Of a stretch of DNA of 64,000 nt, positions 1 to 10,991 are shown piece by piece. A program made the position numbers and the translations under genes. Every line of letters begins with the position of its first letter. Position 1 is the first letter of the stretch. The notes beneath the pieces are model-generated. The model ran no database searches, was not told where the DNA came from, and saw nothing but the letters and a program-made list of their open reading frames with translations. The DNA is from an uncultured Candidatus Rokubacteria bacterium (GTDB lineage: Bacteria > Methylomirabilota > Methylomirabilia > Rokubacteriales > DASRDR01). The stretch spans positions 864,001 through 928,000 of the forward strand of contig CAWGVS010000006.1 in NCBI GenBank assembly GCA_963826115.1, written 5' to 3'.

Positions 1-760
1 CATCGTCGTGGCCGCCGTCGGCGCGATGGCGGCGACGGCCGCTGCTGGCGGTCGGGCTGCACTTCACGGTGCTGCGTCCGCTCCGGGGCCGTGGCCTGGT
101 GGCGCTGTCGCTCATCACGACCGGGCTCGCGCTCATGCTCCGCGAACGTCATCTTCATCGGCGCCGGCCCGATGATCCGGAGCTACGACGATCGACCAGT
201 CCGCCGTCTACGATCTGGGGCTCGTGCGCATCTCGCCGGGGCAGGCGGTGGCGCTCGCGATCGCCGTAGTCGGTGGCGCCCTCGGTCGCGCTGTTTCTCG
301 CCCGACGCGGCTCGGCAAGGCGATGCGCGCGGTCGCCGACAACCGCGACCTCGCGGCGATCGCGGGCATCGACGTCGACCGGATCGGCGCGTACGTCTGG
401 CTTCTCGCCGGTGCGCTGGCCGGGCTCGGCGGCGTGATGTTCGCTGTGGTGCAGGGCACCTTCGACCCGAACCTGGGCTTCCAGGTGCTGTTCCTGATCT
501 TCACGACGGTCGTGCTGGCGGGATCGGGAGCGCCTACGGCGCGCTGGTCGCGCGGGCTGGTGCTCGGCCTGGCCATGGATCTGTCGACGTGGAGCGGCTT
601 CTTCGGCGGGCTCGACGCGCGCTTCAAGCCGCTCCTCGCCTTCGCCGCGCTGATCCGTCTCCTCCTCTACCGGCCGCAGGGGCTCTTCGGCAAGGCGCGG
701 GTCCTGATGTGCTCGACGTGACTTCCACACACTGCAAGATACGCAGTGGACGGATAATCT
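1..760 (+). CDS. livH: Branched-chain amino acid ABC transporter permease (LivH-like), 5'-truncated and frameshifted
   Basis: ORF 224..721 has TRLGKAMRAVADNRDLAAIAGIDV...LAGALAGLGG; the other helices lie in adjacent frames (indels probably sequencing errors). Confidence 0.75.
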
Positions 761-761
761 G

Positions 762-1593
762 ATGGACCTCTTCAATCCGGCATTCTGGACCTTCATGGCG
801 GTCATCGCGGGGATCTACGTGATCCTCTCGCTGGGCCTCTACGTCCAGTTCTCGATGGCCGGCCTCCCGAACTTCGGCCACGTGGCGTTCATGGCGGTGG
901 CCGCGTACACGATGGCCATCTTGGTGGTGCGCCTCGCCGCATGCCCCTCCCGGTCGCCGTCGATCCTGGCCGCTGGTGGCCGCGGTGGTCCCTGGGGCTG
1001 ATCCTCGGCGTCCCGGCGCTGCGGCTCCGCGCGGACTACCTGGCCATCGCCACGGTGGCGGGCGGCGAGATCGTCCGCTACCTGGCGATGAACTTTCCCG
1101 GGCTGACCGGCGGGCCGCTGGGCTCGATCGGCCTCCTCGGGCCCGGGTGAGATCGCGTCGTACAACGACGCCTGGCATGCAGATGCTCAACCGCGCTGGC
1201 CGCGAGGGCGTGTCGGCGCTCCTGGGCTCGACGGTCCCACGTGACCTCGTGATGGCCTCCCTGTCTGGGCGATCGCGTCGTGCTCCTCGCGGTCGTTCTG
1301 GCGGCTCGAGCGCTCGCCGTGGGGGCGCGTCTCAGAGCGATCCGGGAGGACGAGACGGCGGCGGCTGCGGTCGGCAAGAACGTTTCGGCTTCAAGCTCCA
1401 GGCGCTCGTCCTCGGCGCATCCTCGGCGCCTGCAGGCTGCTCTAGCATGGCAATCGGCGTGTTCGCTCCAGACGACTACCAGCCGAGCATGACCTTCTAC
1501 GCCTACCTATCCTATTCTGGGTGGAGACCGCTGTGGGCGATTCCAGTCGGCGCCTGCTGTTCAGTCTGCTCTACACGGGCACGCGGTTCCTGA
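762..1593 (+). CDS. livM: Branched-chain amino acid ABC transporter permease (LivM-like), frameshifted
   Basis: Pieces across frames: GLPNFGHVAFMAVAAY, PALRLRADYLAIATV, LRAIREDETAAAAVGKN. Confidence 0.75.
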
Positions 1594-1616
1594 TTTTATT
1601 TTTTTATTTTTTTGCA

Positions 1617-2319
1617 CGCTTCGACCTGATCATCTTCGACAACGACGGCGTGCTCGTCGACAGCGAGCCGGTCGCGAATCGGGTCCTGTCCTCGCTGCTG
1701 ACGGAGTACGGGTTCCCGTGCACGCCCGAGGAGCTCCATCGCGACCTTCATGGGGCATTCGGCCCCGCAGGTTCGCGCCATGGTGGAGGCGCAGCTCGGC
1801 CGAGCCCTCCCCGCCGATCTCGAGGCACGTTACGTCGAAGAGCTCTTTCCGACGTTCCGGCGGTCGCTTCAGCCGATTCCCGGCATCGTGGACGCGCTCC
1901 GCGCGATCGACCAAGTGGTGTGCGTCGCCTCGAGCGGCACCCACGAGCGCATCCGCCTGACGCTCGTCACCACCGGCCTCTGGGACCGCTTCGGAGGCCG
2001 GGTGTTCAGCGCGCAGGACGTGGCCCGCGGGAAGCCAGCGCCGGACTTGTTTCTCCACGCGGCAGCTTCACTCGGGGTGGATCCGCGCCGCTGCGCCGTC
2101 GTCGAGGACAGCCCGGCGGGCGTCACCGCGGCCAATGCGGCCGAGATGACGAGCTTCGGCTTCGCGCGACTGGCGCCCGCCGAGCGGCTTGCGCATGCCA
2201 CGGGCGCGGTCTTCTCGGACATGCGCCGGCTTCCGGCGCTGCTCCGGGTAGCGACGGCCCCGACGGAGGAGATGTGGGGGGGCGCGTCTTACTCGTTGGT
2301 TTCGCCGGACGGCCGATAG
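1617..2319 (+). CDS. HAD-IA family hydrolase, one frameshift near 1740, start missing
   Basis: Motif I FDNDGVLVDSE (ORF 1521), then VASSG, KPAPDLF and VVEDSPAGV (ORF 1750..2319). Confidence 0.8.
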
Positions 2320-2329
2320 CTTCGCGGCG

Positions 2330-2892
2330 CGATCGAGCGCAGCGCGGGACGCATCGCGCGCGCCGGCCTCGTCGCCGTTCAGGCCGCGCGGTGCTGACGC
2401 ACATGAGCGTGCTCGAAAATGCTGCCGCGCCAGCGCAGCGGAGCGCTAGTAATCGCTCTCCGCCGCAGCGCGTGGCGCGCGCGCGAGCGGAAGTGCGCAC
2501 GAGCGATCGCGCTGCTCGACTCGTCCGCCTCGCGCATCTCGCCGACGCGTACGCCGGGACGCTCTCCGGCGGCAGCGGAAGCTTCTCGAGCTCGGGCGGG
2601 CGCTGATGGTCGAGCCGCGCATGATTCTGCTCGACGAGCCGATGGCTGGCGTGGCGCCGGTGCTCGCCGAGCAGCTTCTCGATCATATCCGCGCGCTCCG
2701 CGAGCGGAACGCGGCGTCGACGTGCTCGTCATCGAGCACGACATGGACGTCGTGATGTCGATCAGCGACCACGTGATCGTGATGGACGAGGGACACGTAA
2801 TCGCCGAGGGACGCCGGAGGCGATCCAGCGGAACGAGCGCGTCATCGAGGCGTATCTCGGCCGGCTCGATGCCGGAGACGGTAGCGCGATGA
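2330..2892 (+). CDS. livG: ABC ATP-binding protein (LivG-like), degraded fragments
   Basis: LSGG signature, ILLDEPMAGV, VIEHDMDVVMSISDHVIVMDEG across frames; Walker A missing. Confidence 0.6.
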
Positions 2893-3645
2893 GCGATCGT
2901 CGTGCTCACCGTCGCGCGACATCTCACGCCGGCTACGGCGACGAGGACATTCTCCACGGCGTCTCGCATCGCCGTGGCGCGCGGCGCGATCGTCGCGGTG
3001 ATCGGACCGAACGGCTCCGGCAAGTCGACGCTGCTCAAGACGATGTACGGGCTCGTTCCGGCGCGCCGCGGCGGATCACGCTCTCCGCGCGAGGCCGGGC
3101 AGGCCGACAGACCTTGACCGGACTGAAGCCGAACGCGGATCACTGCGCTCGGGTGTCAACATGGTGCCGCAGATCGCCAACGTCTTCCCCGAGCTGTCGG
3201 TTGTCGAGAATCTCGAGATCGGGGCGCTGCCGGTCCGGCGACCGTTTCAAGGAGCAGGCGGAGCATGTACTGATCGGCGTGCCGCTGCTGCAGCGGCATG
3301 CTCGGAAAGCGCGCCGCACGCTGTCCGGCGGCAGCGGCAGATGCTGGGCGATCGGCGCGCGCTATGATGTCCGACCCGCAGGCTCCTGATACTCGACGAG
3401 CCGTCCGCCGGGCTCACGCCGCCGGAGTGAGGACGAGGTCTTCGCCAAGCGTAAGGCAAGTCAATGCGGCCGGGAGTGTCGATCCTGATGGTCGAGCAGA
3501 AGGCGCGCGCAGTGCCTCGCGATGGCGACTACGGCTATGTCTCGACAGGGGCGAACCGCTGGAAGGCCCAGGCGCCGGCGCTACTGCAGGATCCCGAGGT
3601 CGAGCGGCTGTACCTCGGCGTGCAGGAGACGCACGTGGCACATGA
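2889..3645 (+). CDS. livF: ABC ATP-binding protein (LivF-like), frameshifted
   Basis: GPNGSGKSTLLK, VPQIANVFPELSVVENL, ILDEPSAGL, ILMVEQKA, DPEVERLYLG across frames. Confidence 0.7.
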
Positions 3646-4300
3646 CGCCGCCGGACGGGCTCAACGGGCCAACATCCTCGTCATCAGGTGCTCGGCTGCG
3701 CCGCGGCGTACCATCTGGCGCGCGTGGAGTGGACGTACTGGTCGTGAGCAGGATGAGCTCAATCGAGAGGCGTAAGCTGAACGCAGAACGCTCCACGTGC
3801 AGATGCCGGGCAGCATTTCGCGGTGACTAGACCGGCAGATATGACGCGGCCGACGGACCACGTGTGCGCCACGACCGTCTCTACGCGAGGCCAGCGCGGC
3901 ATGGCGGACTCTCGAGGCGGAGCTGGAGTCCGACCTCGGAGTGCGAGCGAGACGATCTCAGGGGCCGAGACGGAGGAGGACCTCGCGCGCCTCGACCAGG
4001 AAGTCCGCCTCAGCGCCCTTCGGCATCGAGAGAGATCGATCACGAGGCACATGACATGCTGGATCAGCGCAGCATATGTCGAAAGCGCTCGCGGGCGCAG
4101 CGTTCTGCAAAGGGCTTTGCAATCGTTGCTAGTGCGCCGCCTACGTGAGGCGCGACACGCGCGCGCATCAGCGTCATGCGCAGGTCGTCGAGATCAGTCG
4201 CGGAGCGCGCTTCCACGTACGACCGTCAGCGCGGACGTCGAGGCCGGGCGCGTCGTATGCGCGCAGGGCGCAGACACCGAGATCGCCGCGATGGTGATAG
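3642..4300 (+). pseudogene. FAD-dependent oxidoreductase (DAO/HcnC-like), badly garbled
   Basis: Remnants NILVIG.., RGVDVLVV, EQDELNREA, TLHVQM, AETEEDLARL; the sequence is low quality. Confidence 0.35.
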
Positions 4301-4719
4301 CATTATAAGGCATAGTATGTAAGGGGGTTTGATAGTATAGAGAAGAATGCTATATGAAAAGCACAGAGTTGTATAATAGGGCAGTGAGAGAGAAGAAGCA
4401 GACCGTGCTTTCGTCGATCGTCGGCAGCGCGCGCGTGTAGCGACGTGCTCCCGTCGTCGCGGAGGCGCCTGCGTGGCGGCTGGGCGGATGACGACGGCGA
4501 CGGCGCGCGGATAATGCGATTCGGCTTCATCGGCGAGTACGCGCAGTACCGGGATTCTACGTGCTGAATGGCAGGGCGGATGGGGCTTTGCGCTGAGCCC
4601 GGTCCTGGCCGTGCTCTAGAGCTCCTGCTGGACGGAGCGCCAGCCTGCCGTTCGACGAGTTCAGCGTGACCGCTGGGCCGAGGGCGCCTAGTTAGCGCGA
4701 TCGGCAATTGACGCGCGTC

Positions 4720-5304
4720 GGCGTCACAGTAGCGTGCCGCCAATGCACGCGCCAGCTCCCTGACGAGCGCCGCCTCGCCCAGATGCGCACGGCCGTGCCC
4801 GACGTCGAGCGCCACGACCTCGCCGAGCGTCTGTGTCCACATCGACTGCACCTCCGCCTGGTACCCGGGCGTCCGGTACGCGGGGTGGCGGGCGAGATGG
4901 GCGCGGTTGTCCGGCACGCGGCCGAGGTCGGCCTCGGTCACGGTATGGAGCCAGCCGACGTTCTCGGCGAGCACCGCGTCCGCGTAGTCGAGCACGTCGC
5001 TGACGGAGACGGCGCGAGCCGCGGCATCCGCCTCGTCGAGGGTGATGCCGAAGGCCATGCCGAGCCGGTCGAGGCCCGCCCGATGCCGCCACGCGTCGCG
5101 GTCCCGAACCTCCGGGACGTTGCGCGCCCACGTCTGCACCGTCCAGTCCTGGCAGGCCGGGATGTGCCAGAGCGTGAAGCCCAGGAGGTTCTGCCCGGGC
5201 GCGACGCGGAAGGTCCACTCGTCGGGGCGGAGATCGCGCGCGAGCGAGTGGAGCGCGGTGTTGACCGCGGCCCACTGGGTCGCGAGGAGCGCCATCGCGT
5301 TCAC
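4720..5304 (-). CDS. DinB-family protein (3' end uncertain)
   Basis: N-terminal ~190 aa of ORF 4303..5304: NLLGFTLWHIP and GHGRAHLGEA His motifs; downstream part runs into low-quality sequence. Confidence 0.7.
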
Positions 5305-5307
5305 GGC

Positions 5308-7156
5308 CTACCAGGCGGCGCAGGTCCCGACGGGAGAGCCGTCGCGGTTGCCGCCGCCGCGCGCCGCGTGGCCTCCGCCGAGCCGGGACCTCACCGGCGC
5401 ACGGCCTCGACGGCCGGCGCCGTGACCGCGTCGAGGACCGGATCGGCCAGCACGGTGACCGGCACCGGGCGGCGGGGAGCCGGGGGGCAGGCGGCCGGCC
5501 GTCTCCTGAGACAGGCCGGCCCAGCGGCCGAGGAGCCCCGCCACGGTCGGGACGCAGAAGCGACCCTGGCAGAGCCCCATGCCCGCGCGGTCACCCGCGC
5601 GGACCTCGGTCATCCGGTGGGCGCCCTCCTCGATGGCGACGCGCACCTCGGCGCCCGAGACCTCCTCGCAGCGGCAGACGATCGTGTCGTCGGTGGCCAG
5701 CTCGTAGAGGCCCGCGCGCGGCGCGAGCACGCGCCCGAGCGTCCGCCGGAACGCGGCGAAGCGGCGGAGCGCGCGAAGCGCCGGCGCGGCCCGCTCCGGG
5801 CCCAGGCCGGATCGAGCCGCCCGACGTGGAGCGCGGCGCCCAGGCCCGCGAGCCGCCCCTGCTGCTCCGCGACGTCGGCGCCGCCGACGCCGGCGCCGTC
5901 GCCCGCCACGAAGACGCCCGGCGCCGACGTCGCCATGAGGCGCTCGGGATCGGCCACGGGGACCCAGCCGCCGCGGCTCGCGTCGTGGACGATCGCGCAT
6001 CCCGCGAGGTCGGCCAGCTCCGGCGAGGGGACCAGCCCGTAGCCGAGGACGACGGTGTCGACGTCGACCGTGCGCTCCGTCCCGGTGACCGGACGCCAGT
6101 CACGGTCGAGCCGCGCGAGGACCGCGCGCTCGACGCCCTCCGCGCCCTCGATCCGCACGAGGCCGGTCCGGGTCCACACCGGGGTGCGCCACAGGGCCCG
6201 CATCACCTCGAGCGTCTGGCTCACGACGCCCGGGCGGCGGAGGAGCCCGAGGAGCGCTCGTCGCGGCGCCGCCTCGGCGATCCCGACGACGCGCGCCCCG
6301 CCGTGGACGAGCGCGGTCGCGGCGGCAAGGAGGAGCGGACCGGTGCCCGCCAGGAGCACGCGCCGGCCGGGCAGGACGCGCTGGGCCTTGACCAGCGCGG
6401 TGACGCCGCCGGCGGTGACGACCCCGGGCAGCGTCCAGCCGGGCATCGCGGCGGGTCGGTCGTAGGCGCCGGTGGCCAGCACCAGCGCTCCCGGCCTGGA
6501 GCACGGCGGCCCCTCCCGCCTGGTGCAGGAGGAGCACGCGCTCCGGGAGCACGCCCCAGCACCTCGGCGCCCGACTGGAGGCGTCGCGCCGGCCCGCTCG
6601 AGGTCGGCGAGCAGCGGCGCGCTCTTCGGCGCGAGAGGCGGCCGAGCGGATCGCGCGGCGCGGGGCGGATCTCGGGCGGGAGCTGGCGGTAGATCTGGCC
6701 GCCGGGGCGCGGCGCCTCGTCGAGGAGCAGCACCTGGGCGCCGGCCGCGCGCGCCGCGATGGCGGCGCGGATGCCCGCCGGGCCGGCCCCCACGACGACG
6801 ACCTCGGCGACCCCGGGCCCGGTCACGGCGTCCGGGCGCCGCTCGAGCCCGCGCGCGGGTCCGAACCCGGGCTGGGTCTCGACGACCAGGCCCGCCCGCG
6901 CGGGCGCGAGGCACGTGCGGACGTTGGCCTGGCCGTCGACGATCATCCGGCAGTCGTGGCAAACGCCGATGGCGCAGAAGACGCCGCGGGGCGCGCCACG
7001 GTGGGCGGTGCGCCGCGCGGTGCGGCGGCCGGCGGCCAGGAGCGCGGTGGCGACCGTCTCGCCGGGATACGCGTCGATCGACTCGCCATCCACGGTCAGC
7101 GCGAAGGGCGCGCCCCGCGCGACGCCCTCGCCGACCCGCCGTCCCGTCGACCTCAT
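5308..7156 (-). CDS. 2Fe-2S subunit plus FAD/NAD(P)-binding oxidoreductase (HcnA/HcnB, opine/sarcosine oxidase-like), frameshifted
   Basis: GVFCAIGVCHDC...NVRTC; VVGAGPAG; LATGAYDRP..PGWTLPGV; CRCEEV...GMGLCQGRFC. Confidence 0.8.
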
Positions 7157-7176
7157 GTCTCGCTCTCGATGAGAGG

Positions 7177-8274
7177 CTACTGGTGGACGACGACGCTGCG
7201 CTTCACCTCGCCCTGCAGCATGAGGTCGAAGGCGTGGTTCAGCTCGTCGAGCCCGACCCGCCGGCTGATCAGCTCCTCGATGCGATACTGGCCGCTCATG
7301 TAGAGGTCGATCAGCATCGGGACGTCGGTGCGCTGGTGCCCGGCCCCGAACGAGCTGCCGGTGAGGGTCCGCTGCTGGAGGAAGAGCATCGGGTCGATCG
7401 ACAGACGCGTCCCCGCCGGGCACACGCCGACCGCGACGCACGTGCCGCCCCGCCGCGTCGCCAGGAGCGCCTGCTCGATGGTCTTCTGGGTGCCGACCAC
7501 CTCGAACGCGAAGTCCACGCCGCCGGTGCCGCTGAGCGCCTGGACGCGCGCGACGGGATCCTCCTTCGAGGCGTCGACGACGTGCGTGGCCCCGAACTCC
7601 TCCGCCCACGCGAGCTTCTGGCGCATCACGTCCACGGCGATGATCCGCCCGGCGCCGACCAGGCGCGCGGCCTGGATCGTGTTGAGCCCGACGCCGCCAC
7701 AGCCCCAGACGGCGACGCTAGCGCCGGGCGGAACGCGGGCTCGGTTGAAGACGGGGCCCGCGCCGGCGAGGACGCCGCAGCTCACCAGGCACACGACGTC
7801 GAGCGGCGCGTCCTTCCTGACGGGGATGACGCTCTCCTCCGGTAACACGGCGTGGGTCGCGTAGCCGGAGACCTGGAGGAAGTGGTGGAGCGGCTGGCCG
7901 TTCCGCCGGAAGCGAGCCGTGCCGTCCATCATGAACCAGCGCGGCCGGTCGCGGAGCGCGCAGAGGGTCGGCTGGCCGTTGATGCAGTACCGGCACTTCC
8001 CGCACGAGGGGATGTAGCTCGAGCAGACGTGGTCGCCGGGTTTCACGGTCTCGACCGCAGCCCCCACGCGCTCGACGACGCCCGCCGCCTCGTGGCCCAG
8101 CACGACGGGCAGGGGATGGGGATAGTCGCCGGTGATCACGTGGTAGTCGCTGTGGCAGACGCCGTTCGCCGCCCACCGGACCAGCACCTCGTGCGAGCCC
8201 GGCTCCAGCACCTCGACGTCCTCGACGACGACCGGCTTGTGGACCTCGTACAGGACCGCGGCGCTCGCGCGCAT
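7177..8274 (-). CDS. Zn-dependent alcohol dehydrogenase (MDR family)
   Basis: GVCHSD, GHEAAG, CGKCRYC..C, GCGGVG; RBS AAGGAGG before ATG 8274. Confidence 0.92.
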   Translation of the reverse strand: MRASAAVLYEVHKPVVVEDVEVLEPGSHEVLVRWAANGVCHSDYHVITGDYPHPLPVVLGHEAAGVVERVGAAVETVKPGDHVCSSYIPSCGKCRYCINGQPTLCALRDRPRWFMMDGTARFRRNGQPLHHFLQVSGYATHAVLPEESVIPVRKDAPLDVVCLVSCGVLAGAGPVFNRARVPPGASVAVWGCGGVGLNTIQAARLVGAGRIIAVDVMRQKLAWAEEFGATHVVDASKEDPVARVQALSGTGGVDFAFEVVGTQKTIEQALLATRRGGTCVAVGVCPAGTRLSIDPMLFLQQRTLTGSSFGAGHQRTDVPMLIDLYMSGQYRIEELISRRVGLDELNHAFDLMLQGEVKRSVVVHQ

Positions 8275-8356
8275 GGGCTCCTCCTTCGGGTCTGGGACAG
8301 CGTCTCTCGTCATTCTGAACGAGTGGGGTGGCCCGGGGGAAGAGCGGTCCGGCGCC

Positions 8357-9130
8357 CTACCGGGCCAGGAAGCGTCGCACCTCTTCGCGCGCCGCGGCGG
8401 CGGACTCCGGATGGTGGCCGATGGGCCTGCCGTTGGGCAACCGCGTGAGCGCGGGCAGTTCGGGCACGTCGAACGCGTGGCGCGCGCCCGGGTACACGCG
8501 GACCTCGATCGGCTGGCCTTGGCCAAGCCGCGTGACGAGATCCTGGCACAGGAAGGGCGAGGCGACCTCGTCGCGACCGGCGAGGAGCATGAGCAGAGGA
8601 ATCCTCGACAGACCAGGGTGTGTGGATGCCCGAGCATCCCGGGTAGTACGCGATCGCCCGCCGGAACGGGGCGGGTCGGTCAGCCGGCAACGCCGCGATC
8701 GCGGCCAGGATTCCACTGCCTCCCTGGACCAGCCGATGACGCTGACGTCGGAGGCCCGGACGAACGGCTGGGCGCTCGCGTACGCCGCCGCCGCGAGGAT
8801 GTCAGGCACCACGTCGGTCGGATGGATTGTGCCGCCGCAGACCTTGCGGCCGCGAGCACCGAGGTAGTCCACAAAGACGACGACGAACCCCTCCGCCGCG
8901 AACATCCGGGCCTCGCGTGGGTAGCTGTCGGGCGCCGCGTCCGGGGCGAAGCCGCTGCAGCCCGACACGAACAGGAGGGCCGGGTGCGGCCCCGGACCCT
9001 GTGGCATGACGACACGATAGGGCGCCGCGGGATCCGTTTGGCTCCAGCCGGGCAGCGGCGCAGCGAGGGCACTCGCGAGGAGCGCCGTCGCAGCAAGAGC
9101 CCGCGGGACGGCCCGCCCGGGCTCGGCGAC
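8357..9130 (-). CDS. Exported dienelactone hydrolase-family protein, two compensating frameshifts (start approximate)
   Basis: SGCSG, IGWS nucleophile elbow, AIAYYPGC (other frame), YPGARHAFD. Confidence 0.75.
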   Translation of the reverse strand, partial: VAEPGRAVPRALAATALLASALAAPLPGWSQTDPAAPYRVVMPQGPGPHPALLFVSGCSGFAPDAAPDSYPREARMFAAEGFVVVFVDYLGARGRKVCGGTIHPTDVVPDILAAAAYASAQPFVRASDVSVIGWSREAVESWPRSRRCRLTDPPRSGGRSRTTRDARASTHPGLSRIPLLMLLAGRDEVASPFLCQDLVTRLGQGQPIEVRVYPGARHAFDVPELPALTRLPNGRPIGHHPESAAAAREEVRRFLAR

Positions 9131-9204
9131 GGGCTGCCCTCGTGAGCCTGCCGGGACGCAGCTCGAGAGCGCGGTCGTCGCCAGCCCGAGCACGGAGACG
9201 ACCG

Positions 9205-9759
9205 CTACTTCACCGGGATCATCAGGTGCTGGTACGGCGTGCCGGGCCACATCACGTACGGCTTCTTCGGATCGTCGGCGGTCTTCGGGTAGGCATCCGC
9301 CATCGAACCCGGGTTCAACACCATCACGTGGGCGCCCGTGTCGACCCACTTCTTCCCCGCGGCCGGCTTGGTCGCGTAGGGATCGTCGTTGCTCGCATCC
9401 GATCCGCCCATCAGCATGTAACCGAACCCGACTCCGGGCGGCGGCGTGCCCTTGGTCATCCACGCGTGGGCCCACTCCATGCCGGCCTTGTCGAGGCACA
9501 TGGGGTCGTTGCCCGGCGTCGTCGGGTTGTCGGGCATGCAGGTGAACGTCCCCTTGCCCTCGCGGAGGACCTTCATCTTGCCCTGCGCGTCGATGTCCAT
9601 GATCGTCGCGTCCTGCGCGACGGCCTTGGGCGCCGCCGACATCGCGTTGGCGATCTTCTCCTTGTCGGTCTTCGGCGGGGCGTGCTTGGGCTGCGCGGCG
9701 GCGAGGCCGGCCAGCGCCACCACGGACACGAGGGCGATCGAGACACGGCGCATCGTCAT
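9205..9759 (-). CDS. Exported hypothetical protein
   Basis: Signal peptide, AMSAAPKAVAQDAT, two Cys, YMLMGGSDASNDDP, PYVMWPGTPYQHLMIPV; RBS GGAGG. Confidence 0.8.
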   Translation of the reverse strand: MTMRRVSIALVSVVALAGLAAAQPKHAPPKTDKEKIANAMSAAPKAVAQDATIMDIDAQGKMKVLREGKGTFTCMPDNPTTPGNDPMCLDKAGMEWAHAWMTKGTPPPGVGFGYMLMGGSDASNDDPYATKPAAGKKWVDTGAHVMVLNPGSMADAYPKTADDPKKPYVMWPGTPYQHLMIPVK

Positions 9760-9897
9760 GAGGCACCTCCTGGGTGAGCGTGAAGGCCATCGGGCGGGAA
9801 CCACTGAGCGAGACGAAGACTCATGGTCCGTCGCCCACGATGATAGTGCCGGGGGCGATCGGGTTGGTCGGGGCGTTCCCTGACAGATGCACGCGGG

Positions 9898-10872
9898 CTA
9901 GCCGAGCGTCTCCGCGATGCGGACCAGCTCCTCGTACTCCTGCATCCAGTAGCGGTGATCGTGGAAGCTCGGGAAGGCCGGGGGGAAGGAGGGGTCCTCC
10001 CAGCGCCTGGCGATCCAGCCCGACATGTACACGATGCGCATGGCCCGGAGGGGTTCGACCAGCGCGAGGGTCGAGCGGTCGAACTCCCGGAAGACCTCGT
10101 AGCCCTCGAGCAGGTCCTCGCGCGCCTTCTTGGCTTCCTCGTCGAGGCCGCGGGCGAGGAGCCAGAGATCCTGGACGGGCGGGCCCATCAGGCAGTCGTC
10201 GAAGTCCACCAGCACCGGCCCGGGCGTCCAGAGGATGTTCCCGTAGTGGAGGTCGCCGTGGATGCGCTGGGGCGTGACGGCACCGAGATCCGCCGCCACG
10301 GCGTCGGCGATCCGGAGGGCGACCTCCCGGTAGCGCGGCCCCAGGTTCTCCGGCCAGAACCGGCCCTTCGTCAGGACCTCGAGCGGCTCGTGGATGTACC
10401 GCTCGAGCGTCAGCTTCGCGCGGTGGGGCGCGGGGCGCGCGGCGCCGATGGCATGCATCCGGCCGATCGTGCGGCCGATGTGGCGGCGCTTCTCGGCGTC
10501 GAGCTCGTCGAGGGTCCGCCCCCGGATCTTGGGAAACGCCGCGTACAGGATGCCCTCGATCTCGTTGAGGGTCTGGCCGGTCCCGAGGTCGAGCGGCGCC
10601 ACCGCGGGCAGCTCGGCGGCCGCCAGGTCCAGCAGGAAGCCGTGCTCGTCGAGGATCGTCTCGCGCGTCCAGCGGCCGGGCCGGTAGAACTTGACGACCA
10701 GGCGGCGCTGGTCGTCCAGCTCCACCTCGTAGACGCGGTTCTCGAAGGCGCGAAGCGGGAGGCAGCGGCCCGTGCTCCGGAGCCCGCCCGCCTCGACGGC
10801 GTCGAGGACGCGCTCGGGCGTGAGGGAGAAGAACGACGCGTGGGGCGCTCGAGCCTTCGCCTTCCTGGCCAT
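9898..10872 (-). CDS. srkA: Stress response Ser/Thr kinase SrkA/RdoA (APH-like)
   Basis: FENRVY, VVKFYRPGRW, HGDLHYGN, VDFDD, RRWEDPSFPPAFP. Confidence 0.92.
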   Translation of the reverse strand: MARKAKARAPHASFFSLTPERVLDAVEAGGLRSTGRCLPLRAFENRVYEVELDDQRRLVVKFYRPGRWTRETILDEHGFLLDLAAAELPAVAPLDLGTGQTLNEIEGILYAAFPKIRGRTLDELDAEKRRHIGRTIGRMHAIGAARPAPHRAKLTLERYIHEPLEVLTKGRFWPENLGPRYREVALRIADAVAADLGAVTPQRIHGDLHYGNILWTPGPVLVDFDDCLMGPPVQDLWLLARGLDEEAKKAREDLLEGYEVFREFDRSTLALVEPLRAMRIVYMSGWIARRWEDPSFPPAFPSFHDHRYWMQEYEELVRIAETLG

Positions 10873-10991
10873 GGAAGATCGAGTGTACCCCACGGGGTCT
10901 CGGGGCCGCGGCGTCAATCGGGACGGCAAGATGGCGCGTGCCCGACTATCCCGGCCGGCTCGGCCGTCTGACAGACAGGGAGGGGACGCGC

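Noticed and set aside
4301-4400. AT-rich tract as a possible CRISPR leader or replication origin
   Set aside because: No repeats, cas genes or DnaA boxes; it lies in garbled sequence.
6810-6850. Apparent in-frame fusion of the 2Fe-2S subunit to the FAD oxidoreductase
   Set aside because: The junction contains GTGA, a typical stop/start overlap, and the region has indel errors, so the fusion may be an artefact.
8600-8730. Double frameshift in the dienelactone hydrolase as programmed frameshifting or pseudogenisation
   Set aside because: One shift falls in a G run and the region is error-prone; sequencing error is more likely.
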